This document shows positions 36,901 through 45,889 of a DNA stretch of 48,647 nt, piece after piece. The notes beneath the pieces were generated by a model that saw nothing but the letters and a program-made list of their open reading frames with translations, had not been told where the DNA came from and did no database searches. Both the position numbers and the translations under genes were made by a program. The stretch's first letter is position 1. Every line of letters starts with the position of its first letter. The stretch is taken from positions 1 to 48,647 of the forward strand of contig NIVC01004359.1 in NCBI GenBank assembly GCA_002269645.1, read 5' to 3'. The stretch comes from Macrostomum lignano (taxonomy: Eukaryota).

Positions 36901-39900
36901 TGTATCGATAATAGAATTAAAGCCAAGCAGATTTAAAAAATTTGCCGATATGTATCGAAGTTAAAATAAAATCCTGTCTATTATACATGGCCTATCTTAT
37001 ATAAATGTTCCCGTATATAGGGTTTGCCAATTAGGAGCCGTAGCCCAGTGGTCCAGCGCGGCGCTCTGATGTACCAGCGGCCCAGGCTCGATTCCCAGTG
37101 TAGCCACACATTAATTTGGGGCTAAATTGGAATCTCGGCTTGGCTCTGCTCGGGCAATTAACGCCCTTGAGAACCAACCCCCCCCAAGGCGCAGTGAAGT
37201 GTACATGCCTAACGATAAATAAAGTCGGGGCCACTGTACACTCCTGTGTGAGTGCCTGTGCGTATGACTGCGTACGTGTCTGGGCGCTTGTGTGCCTGCT
37301 CAGGGGAGTCGGCGGAATGGGCAGTAATGCCTCTCGCCGGTTGTGTGACAATTTCGCCTAAAGTGCGCTTAAAGTCCCCTTTGCTGGCTGCCTCTAGGTT
37401 AGCCAGTTTAGGAGTTTTACCGATATGTATCGAAAGTCAATTTAAATTACACGTTCAATATGTATCGAAGATTGAGTGGGAATAACACTCATTTTCAAAC
37501 ATTGCCGATATGTATCAAAACTGAGCTTACTCATAAATCATTTTCAAGCTCGTACTCGTATTTTAATAAGTCATGAGCATAAACTGACACTTTAAAATTT
37601 TATTAGCCCGCCCAGGCAGTCATATTTTATCGATGATGAAGAGCTGCTCCACAGTCCAATAAATTATGCTGGAGTTCGGCCTGAAGCCGGGGCTGCCGTC
37701 CGAAATTCGGGACTCCCGCTGAATCTGGGCCGCTGTGCCCAGGATTTGGACCGCAACAGCATGTACAGTCTGAGCCATGTGGGCTGGCCTTCATGGGTGT
37801 GAATTGACAGACCCCCCCCAAGCACCAAACGAACGCGTTTACGCACAAAATCCAACCAAGGGCCGTGTGGTGCAAAAGTCAAAAATAAAATTTCAAGCTC
37901 ATGAAACTTTAAGCTTGTGAAAGTCGCACGAAAAAAAACTGGTGCTGATGATATCGAATGTCACATCGTCGAAGGCACTAAACTTTAATAATCTTAATTA
38001 TTAAAACGTTTGAGGCCCACTCACGATATGGTGGAGATCATGTCCAAGCCCATCTCAACGCAGCACTTGGCGTGGTCGGCCCTGGGTTCCGGCAGTCCGG
38101 ACACGCAGTAGTAGCAGTCACCCAGCAGCTTGATCCGCAGGCAGTTGTTGCTTTCAGCCAGCTGGTCGAATCTGGCAAACAGAACGTTGAGCAGCCGGAC
38201 GATGAACTCCGGGTCGTTCTGACGACACAGCGTGGTGAAACCGCAGATGTCCGCAAACAGAATGCTGGAAATGCCGAGTCATCTTGGTTCAATTCTGTGC
38301 ATTCAAAAAACTAATCATTGATTAGTTATCGAGCCAGCATGACACACTGTAGCACTGACGCATAGTTCTCATTCATGGTCATTGTGACACGAGGCGAAGT
38401 CGGAATTTTGCAGGAAATTTGAAGAGGCCATCAAGATAAGTCGAGTGCTTAGGTCGAAGTGCATAAGTAACTCTCTGGGATTTTAGAGATGCCGACAGCC
38501 TTGAGAGCTGAAAATTAGCTGCTTAAGGATTAAGAAGTTCTTAATGACGACAGGTAAAAGTCTCAGTCAGAGCCGGCTACGGCCTGTTGACCTGAGTTTG
38601 AGGGAGTTATTCGCACTGCATAGTCTCTGCAGTTCCGCCCTTTGCTTGCCTCATCCTCTTTAGGCTCTCCTTCTCCGTCTAAAGCTGTCTGTTTTCACTT
38701 CGTGACTCCGACTTTGAATTTTCATTTCCAGCATCTTTGCTCGTCCCCTCTTGTTCCTCGTTCAGCCTCCACCAGAGATTAATATAGCCTGCATAATAAG
38801 TGTACACCAGGCAATGCAGCTACACCTGCCAAAGTCAACGAATCAAAAAAACAGCCCGACCCAGCTTGTGAAATGCAAACATGCAGCTACTGTATGCATG
38901 AAGTAGAAAGTTCCACTTTAACTATTTTATATTTGTACGAATTCTCTTTTGGCTACCAGTTTAGAAGATGTTTAATCTAGTGGGTAAAGTGGGTATAGTA
39001 AGCCTCAGCATTAGCTTCAGAAGTTGCTAAAATCAAAATTAGATTGTATCTTACTTAAGTACGAAAGGTACTTAAATATACTTCAGTATTATTCATTTTT
39101 CGCACTCAGTCATGCGTACAAAAAATTCAGATGTACATTTGGCCTTCGCTGGGGGGGGGACGAAATTCAGATGTACATTTGGCCTTCGCGGGGGGGGACG
39201 AAATTCAGATGTACATTTGGCCTTCGCGGGGGGGGACGAAATTCAGATGTACATTTGGCCTTCGCGGGGGGGATGAAATTCAGATGTACATTTAGCCTTC
39301 GCGGGGGGACGAAATTCAGATGTACATTTGGCCTTCGCGGGGGGGACGAAATTCAGATGTACATTTGGCCTTCGCGGGGGACGAAATTCAGATGTACATT
39401 TGGCTATATACTTGATCTTGGTCTATATACCAAGAAATTGATTAATTAAACAAAACATTAAAAACAAAACACGTCTTAGAAACCGAATGTTGCTACTCAC
39501 CTAACATTTTCATGTCTCTGTATGTAAACTTTGTTAAACATCGATCTGTGCGCTGGATTCTTCTCGGGATGTAGCAGCGGAGACGCCACGTACTCCGGCA
39601 GAAGCGACAGTATCAAACGGTCCTTGGGTAAATCAGTTTGTTAATTTTACTATTACATTTTTATACAGAAGAACGTTACAATCGTCATTTTTTACTCCTC
39701 TTGACTGAGCGGGTGCTGTTTATCCCGAATCGATTTAAGGATCTGTGGTGACCACTAGGAATGATTCGAAAGTTGCTACGCAAGAAAACCATTGAAGAAA
39801 AAGTAATTAATTCCCTTTGGTTTTTGCAGGGCTTCTCGTGTGAGGAAAAGTATCAGCAAGAAATCATTGAGTAGAATAGACTCACTTCGGCTGCCTGGAT

Positions 39901-42610
39901 ACTTTAAGCTCTGGGCTTGAACTTCGATCTTATTGTGGCCAATGTGACAGCAGACCCTAATGCATTCGCTCTCATTTCCTTTGAGTTTATAAGGCTTCCT
40001 GTTTTGATTTTTGTCTTATGGATTTTATGCTTGTTAGTCTCATCAAAGTGAAATATTCGCCTTCACTTCCCGCCATTTCTCTTTGCAGAGTTTCCCTAGC
40101 CGGCGCTCACCAGCTTCTCCATTTCCAGCTTGGCGCGCAGTCCGGCTTCGTAATAGCGCCTGGTTTCCAGGAAAGTCTGCCGGCGGCCCATCTCCACGGG
40201 GCCGTGCACGAAAACGCCCACTATGTTTGCGGCGAGCAAGTAGAACGCGTTGGCCGCAAGCTGCATGCAAGGGCAATGGGGGTTCAATGTACACCAGCCA
40301 GCTGCTACGGGGTGAAGAATTCAATATACATTGGCCATGTCACTGTGGGGTGGGAGTTCAATGTACATTGGCCAGCCACTGGGGGATAGGAGTTTAATGT
40401 ACATTGGCCAGCCACTGGGGGGATAATGTACATTGGCCAGCCACAATGTACATTGGCCAGCCGCTGGGAGTGCTGTACATTGGCCAGCCACTGGATGGGA
40501 TGTTCAGTTTACATTGGCCAGCCACTGGAGGGATGGGAGTTCAATGTACATTGGCCAGCCACTGGGGGGATGGGAGTTTAATGTACATTGGCCAGCCGCT
40601 AAAGGAAAGGAAATTTAAAGTAAATTATCCAGGGTATGGCAAATTGTTGTACCGATTAGCCAATCAATCTGTCAATGCGAGTTACGTGATTCAATATTAC
40701 GGAAACTAAAGGTCGATATGACGATATCAGAACAGAAAAGTGACAAAAAAGCTTTTATCACACACAAAAATTTTGACTACCACTACCAGCTCGTCACGAA
40801 TGTGATTTCTAATCCGTGAATTAAGGAACCAGTTTGAGAGCTTAATCTCTACAGAAAACTTGCTAGATCCGATCCAAAAGAATGCAGAAATGTTCTGTCT
40901 ACCTTCAGCCTGCGAGCGTCAGTCGATGTGACTGACTCGGGGACGGGGTGGACTCCGGCCGCCCCCCCCCCCAGGGGCATGAGAGGCAGGACTTCTCACA
41001 GTTGAGTGCGCAGGCGAGTGGACGACAGGCCTTTTGCCCGTGATCTTGTCGGGCCTAATTAGAGCGAGGCGGCCGTCAGGGTGTGAAAACGGGAGAATGT
41101 GGAGCAAAGATAAGATCCCGCTCGCTTCATTCAGCTGCTCAGTTCCTACTGGCACTGATACATTTTCTGACGTGACCTCCAACCAATAAAAGCTGCATTT
41201 TCGTGCAAGGTTATTTGGCTTAGGCTGACATCGCGTTTAAAAAGCAGTGAGCTGTTTACGCTTGAGCAGTCATCAATTTGAGAACGGTCGCCCGCGTGTC
41301 CGGTGGATATTCAGGTGGGGGCGAAGTGACCTCGGATGACCTTTTAGTGCTTACCTCGAATGGCAATCATCAAGGTTTGAGAAACCTTGATAATTGCCAT
41401 AATTGGGAGAAAATCACACGCTCTTCTAATTGCACTCAAACGTGGAACTGTTGAAAAATTACCCGTTTACTCTGACTACAACCCGGGTGTAGCGGCCAAA
41501 ATCCCAAGATTTCGACGCTACCCTAATTTATTAAATCAAATCGGGATTCGGGCAGACAAGATGATTTATTTGCTGCTGAGCCATTGAGTGTCTCTGAAAT
41601 CTGGTTGAAAAGCAATGAGCCTACTCGCAGAATTGCTACAAAGTGTAGCGATGGCGAAGATGCTGGTTCAAGCGAGAGACGCCACCCCACTCCAGCTCGC
41701 GTACCCGAGCACCGAAATCCGGTCGGTTCATTCCAGAAATTCTAGACAACAGGTGCAGCATCATGATGAGGCCGCAGCAGGCCAGCAGGCTGCGAACACG
41801 CAACGGCAAGAACAGGTAGGCGATGACCGTCATCAGCGAGCTGGTGAACAACCCGCTGCTCGGCTTCCAGCACAGCGGATCTGGCTCCTCGCCGATGCGA
41901 ATGACGCTGGCGCCCTGCAGCAGCAGGAAGCAGATGGCCAACCCGTAGCTCAGGTGCTGCTGCCGGGCCAGGCCAACGCGACAGCGCAGCATACCAATCA
42001 GGAGACCGCTGAAGCCGGCGAAGGCGACAGTGGAGAGGCTCAGGTGCAGCAGGGTGTTCTCAGATGGACCGCGGGCCGTCTGCGGCAGCTGCGTGACGGC
42101 GGAACCGGCGCTCAGAAGCGTCAGCGTTGCCACCAGAACGAGCAGGGAGCGATGGTTCAGCCGGCGAAAGTACATCTGGTAGAGCTGCTCGAGCTCGGCG
42201 CCTGGGAACACCTTGGAAGAGAAGAGGCACTTGAACAGGATGGCCAGGAAGCGCCAACTCTCAGCGCAGTTCGCCGGCGGCTTGGTGTGCAGCAGGTCGC
42301 TGATGGTGTCCCGGTTCGGGTCCAGGCGCTGCAGGGCAGAGCTGTGCGACGATTCGGAGTCTCTGGGCCGAGTGTTCCATCGACCGCTGCTACTGCCAAC
42401 CTTGCTGCCGCCGCGCGCACTGGCGGTGCCGCCGCCTTCGCTGCCACCGATTCTGACAATTTTCGTCGTTCTCTGAAGTCGCTGCCAGCCCGACGGGCGA
42501 TCCGGGTTTCTTCGAAGCATTCGGGCGACTTCCTTCGGCGCCGATATTTGGTCGCCGTTGCCGACTGAAACTGGATCGGCGTCCACCATCGGGGCCGGGT
42601 GGACGCTCAT
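30612..42610 (-). CDS. ADCY: Transmembrane adenylate cyclase (ADCY5/6-like), 11 coding exons, about 1165 aa
   Basis: complement join(41705-42610,40111-40260,39501-39622,38025-38264,36517-36891,35859-36021,35128-~35316,33934-34024,33089-33223,31667-32450,30612-30952). C1a [11 protein letters not shown] and GDCYY (both metal-binding Asp); C2a [13 protein letters not shown] and [16 protein letters not shown] (Lys/Asp/Asn/Arg intact). One junction is unresolved. Confidence 0.95.
31294..31632. repeat. 25-bp minisatellite ACACAATACCAAACAGACACAACTG (array A)
   Basis: About 13 units; reverse complement of the array at 32535-32940. Confidence 0.95.
31667..32450 (-). CDS. Adenylate cyclase exon 10 (784 nt): last TM helices and C2a first half
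   Basis: YTTFSASL...[10 protein letters not shown]...[70 protein letters not shown]. Confidence 0.96.
32535..32940. repeat. 25-bp minisatellite CAGTTGTGTCTGTTTGGTATTGTGT (array B, inverted relative to array A)
   Basis: The unit is the exact reverse complement of the array A unit. Confidence 0.95.
33089..33223 (-). CDS. Adenylate cyclase exon 9, extracellular loop
   Basis: [45 protein letters not shown]|Y; phase 0/0. Confidence 0.85.
33381..33640 (+). mobile_element. SINE family 1, copy 2 (internal deletion, ATT-rich tail)
   Basis: GCAGCCTAGTGGTCAGAGCG..GGGTTCGATTCCC..shared body..ATTATTATTTATTATTAT. Confidence 0.88.
33934..34024 (-). CDS. Adenylate cyclase exon 8, TM helix
   Basis: [30 protein letters not shown]; phase 2 in, phase 0 out, consistent with both neighbours. 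Confidence 0.85.
34450..35070. repeat. 20-bp minisatellite (TATCTACCAATCTGTGTTCC)
   Basis: Tandem periodicity. Confidence 0.95.
35128..35316 (-). CDS. Adenylate cyclase exon 7, two TM helices (5' boundary unresolved)
   Basis: [52 protein letters not shown]; strong donor AG|gtaagt. All candidate acceptors are phase 2 while the upstream donor is phase 0. Confidence 0.7.
35340..35820. repeat. 12-bp minisatellite (CCCAGACTGTGA), reading (HSLG)n on the minus strand
   Basis: Tandem periodicity. Confidence 0.95.
35859..36021 (-). CDS. Adenylate cyclase exon 6, C1b
   Basis: [43 protein letters not shown] resembles ADCY5/6 KRMGF..EFLGRAIDARSIDRL..EH..F..LEKK. Confidence 0.88.
36040..36455. repeat. 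(GTAGA)n/(CTAGA)n compound microsatellite
   Basis: Direct inspection. Confidence 0.93.
36517..36891 (-). CDS. Adenylate cyclase exon 5, C1a second half
   Basis: [70 protein letters not shown]. Confidence 0.96.
37034..37410 (+). mobile_element. tRNA-derived SINE family 2, copy 1
   Basis: A box TAGCCCAGTGG, B box GGCTCGATTCC; body GGGCTAAATTGGAATCTCGGCTTGGCTCTGCTCG..CCTAACGATAAATAA is shared with 48464-48647. The 3' end is approximate. Confidence 0.8.
38025..38264 (-). CDS. Adenylate cyclase exon 4, C1a catalytic Asp residues
   Basis: [58 protein letters not shown]. Confidence 0.97.
39123..39405. repeat. ~37-bp minisatellite (GAAATTCAGATGTACATTTGGCCTTCGCGGGGGGGAC)
   Basis: About 8 units. 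Confidence 0.93.
39501..39622 (-). CDS. Adenylate cyclase exon 3
   Basis: [27 protein letters not shown] matches ERLLLSVLP..MFHKIYIQ.H.NVS. Confidence 0.94.
40111..40260 (-). CDS. Adenylate cyclase exon 2, TM6 and coiled coil
   Basis: [50 protein letters not shown]. Confidence 0.92.
40285..40600. repeat. ~36-bp minisatellite (TTCAATGTACATTGGCCAGCCACTGGGGGATGGGAG)
   Basis: About 9 degenerate units. Confidence 0.9.
41705..42610 (-). CDS. Adenylate cyclase exon 1, N-terminus and first TM cluster
   Basis: MSVHPAP...[27 protein letters not shown] (ADCY5/6 N-terminal motif) and hydrophobic helices; donor CGG|gtacgc. Confidence 0.88.
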
Positions 42611-43894
42611 TGCCGTCCTCAGGATGAAGTTTCTGTGGCTTCTGAGTGCTGATTTAATTGGATCCTGCAGCAAGATAGAAATGGAGTAGTTTTGTTGGTG
42701 CTCTACAGGTATTAGCGGGTTACCGTATTCAACAACAACGCAAAAAAGGTCTTGTGTTTTCACAAAGTATGAGCAGCATCACAGGGCAAACGTCGCGTGT
42801 GTTCAAAGTACTCAAAGTACTTATAAAGGTAATTCACAACGAAAATCGGTTAAAAAGTCACAAGGAAGACCTCAATCTTCTTTAGAAGATCATCTTCGTT
42901 CACGGAAAAAAAATCATGCGGACGCACAGACAGACAGAACCAATTCTGTATATTTCAGGTAGGGACGATTACCGGTATTCAAATAGGAATACCTACGAAT
43001 TTTCAAGCGTTGTAGCTGAAACCTTGATTCAGACTTGGCTTTGCCGCCGCTTCCGAACTCGAAGAGCTCTTTCTTCTTTTGCCATGCAACTCGGGCAGAT
43101 GGAGAGCTGTTTAAATAGCCGTTAAAGCCTCCCTCCAGCTTCGATTAAATGCATTGGTGCAATGTTGCCGCCCCAGCTCGGCTGTTTGCTCACCAGAGTA
43201 GATAAGGAAGCAGGGTCGGACTTGAGCAAGTGAGGCTCTTAGCAACAGCTGAGGCCAAACTAAGATTTCGTATGAGATTTGATAATAAAGAGAACACGTG
43301 TGTTTCTGAGATTCTGGGCCACCCACATCCTTAGGCTTATTCTACTCGTACTCGCGTAGACGTGCCGCATCGATATGAATTTTGTCAGGCCCAGCTTCCC
43401 AGCTGCATCACACATTGGAGTAGTCCTTCAGACTCGATAGGCAACAGTCTGACTGAGGTTGGACTTAGCATAAATCCCGAGCTGATACCGCTGGGCCTTC
43501 GAACTCAGACTTTATGAAGTCTTTTCCCGTGAAACATAAGTCAACTCTGGTTGAGCAAGCATGAGATAAGAGCACAAAACTGCTGAGGCAAAATGTCAGG
43601 CATCGTGGTGTGATGGAAAATCTGTTCTCGGAAGCTTATCTGTTACTGAAATTCGAAAGACAACAAAAATTTCGCTTACAGTGTTGATGAAGCGGGATTC
43701 TGTGCGGTATAAGAAAGAAAAGCACAGAAATGCAATTGAAAATTTTATGCACGCGGGCTTCGCACATTCAAAAATCAATTTCGATGATTGCGGTGAGGTC
43801 ATCGCCACAATCAGTCATTGTCATCTCGTTCAACGGTTACTCAGATTGCTGAATAAGTAGTAGAAATTATTTATTAAAGCTGCTTGCAAATTAC

Positions 43895-43900
43895 TTTATT
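43895..43900 (-). terminator. Polyadenylation signal AATAAA of the neuropeptide gene (second copy at 43870-43875)
   Basis: TTTATT on the + strand, about 120 and 145 nt past the TGA. Confidence 0.6.
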
Positions 43901-44016
43901 GACCATTTTGGCAGGAAAAATAGTCAATTTTCACTTGAATCTCAAATAGATGACAAGTTTGCTTTCTTTAAGTGATCGTGTTGTCAGTTGGTCATTCATT
44001 TCTGGATCCTTGACTG

Positions 44017-44465
44017 TCACTCCGAACGCTTTTTTAGGATGTCCCGGTCCAGCATGAAGTCGGGTACCTGGTGAAGCGTTTCTTCAGAATGCCCCGGTCC
44101 AGCATGAAGTCGGGGTACCTGGTGAAGCGCTTCTTCAGAATGCCACGGTCCAGCATGAAGTCGGGGTACCTGGTGAAGCGTTTCTTCAGAATGCCACGGT
44201 CCAGCATGAAGTCGGGGTACCTGCTGAAGCGTTTCTTCAGAATGCCCCGGTCCAGCATGAAGTCGGGGTACCTGGTGAAGCGTTTCTTCAGAATGCCCCG
44301 GTCCAGCATGAAGTCGGGGTACCTGGTGAAGCGTTTCTTCAGAATGCCGGTCCAAGCATGAAGTCGGGGTACCTGGTGAACCGCTTATCAAGGTGCTTGA
44401 TGCCGTCGTCCTGGTGAACGTTCTTCGTATCATCATGGTGCTTCTCTGCACCAGTTACATCCAAT
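44017..44465 (-). CDS. Neuropeptide precursor exon 2: 7 x F[T/S]RYPDFMLDR[G/D]IL flanked by KR/KKR (two apparent frameshifts)
   Basis: Acceptor ttctcccttgcag|; 51-bp in-frame unit; the terminal unit keeps ILKKR through five synonymous codon changes; ends KKRSE-TGA. Confidence 0.85.
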
Positions 44466-45036
44466 CTGCAAGGGAGAATGCAAAACTTCAGAATTAGACC
44501 ACATGTAGCTGAAGGTCTAGCAAGTCCAGTTTGCATTCAGTGCCAGTATTTTCTTCAAGGGGCCACCTTATCACGAGCTAAACTTAATAAAAATGTAATC
44601 AAATCCGTCTCTGCGACCCTGGGCGTCTGTCTCTTGTCACGGAATTTTGTGTTACTACGCAGGCCAAAAGCTCCTCAGACATCTCAAGAGCTCTTCTGGT
44701 GAAAAGAGACCTTGGGCTTCTCAGTTTAGACCACAGACGCCCCTATTTATTCCAGATTATGTAAGCCCAATGATTAAAAGTTTATATGCATTTTACAGTC
44801 CACTGGGACTGCAGATGATCTCTTGTCAGCGTGTGTCCCATCCCAAATCTTGGGTTTCAGATCTGAAGTCGCATAGGAAAGACTAATGCATTGAGAAGCT
44901 CTACAATGAAAGCTCAAAGGCCAGAGGTGACAACTCAGAATTTCGCTATCCGTTCAAGAAGTCGTGTTCTATCCGCTTTCCTAGTTTTGAATTGGGTCCT
45001 CGCAGCAAGAGGCGGTCTGTTGTTAGACCAAAAATG

Positions 45037-45275
45037 TGTTGTAGCCTAGTGCTTAGAGAGGGGTTCGATTCTCAACCTACTTAAAAATTGTATCCTTAAG
45101 CAAGACACCTAATTCTGCATTGCTTCACTACACCCAGCTGTAAAATGGGTGCCAGCATTAGCTGGGGTAATTGAGGGTGAGTGTGGGGACCCCCCAGTCC
45201 TTGGACTGAACAGCCGTACGCAGCCTTCAGATGCTTCAGAGCTGTCGGCTGCAAATCTTCCCATTATGGCAGGTG
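45037..45275 (+). mobile_element. SINE family 1, copy 3 (in the neuropeptide intron; deletion between the A and B boxes)
   Basis: GTAGCCTAGTG..GGGTTCGATTC..CCTTAAGCAAGACACCTAA..CCCAGCTGTAAAATGGGTGCCAGC. Confidence 0.88.
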
Positions 45276-45348
45276 TAATGAAAAATACAAATTTTAAGAC
45301 ATGTCATTTAAACTATTTAGCTGGCAGATAGTTACTACAGGAACTCAC

Positions 45349-45395
45349 ACCACGGCGCCGAGCAGGACTATCGACAGAATCAATGGCGATCGCAT
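45349..45395 (-). CDS. Neuropeptide precursor exon 1, signal peptide
   Basis: MRSPLILSIVLLGAV+GT|gtgagt; the phase 2 donor joins the phase 2 acceptor at 44465 to give ..GAVVLDVTGA-EKHH. Confidence 0.85.
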
Positions 45396-45889
45396 GGCAA
45401 AGCACTTTCTATAGTCAGAAGCGGAGCCTCTTCAGAAAGTTTCTTTCAGAAAGAGGGTCTTTTTAATTGTTGAGAGACTCTATCGCTGGGAAGCAGATGG
45501 CTCGGTAATGAAGACAAATGCGCTTGGAATAAAGGAAAAAGTTTTTATGCCAGCGACTCGGCTCTCTGGGCTAGAATGCGCCGTTATAAAGGGAAGCGTC
45601 ACTGGGAACTCGCGCGCCTCCACACCCCGTCCCCTGCAGCAGTCGCAGCCATCGCATCCGCGCCTTCTCTCATCTTCCCACCCTTTCATTGGCTGCTGGG
45701 CCTCCTCGCCATATTCCTATGCCTTTGCGGGAAAGAAATTGAGAAGCGTTTGAAGAATCGCCCGGTCTAAAGATGATTAATTGACAGGGTCAGAAAAGCG
45801 ACTTCATCCTGGCCATCTTAATTTAAGAATTGAGGGATGACCTGAAAGCGTATTGAAACTCAAAATTTGAAACTTAAAAGTTAAGCGAT

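Noticed and set aside
37630-37800. GC-rich, coding-looking + strand stretch inside a cyclase intron
   Set aside because: Short, with no recognisable family and no convincing splice or start signals.
23937-42568. Long antisense ORFs 23937-24635 (-), 41615-42568 (+) and similar
   Set aside because: They are shadow frames of GC3-rich real exons, with no independent motifs or splice signals.
27605-45275. Hammerhead ribozyme in the SINEs (as in schistosome SINE-like repeats)
   Set aside because: No CTGATGA plus GAAA core with matching stems. SINE family 2 has CTGATGT only, inside the tRNA-like head.
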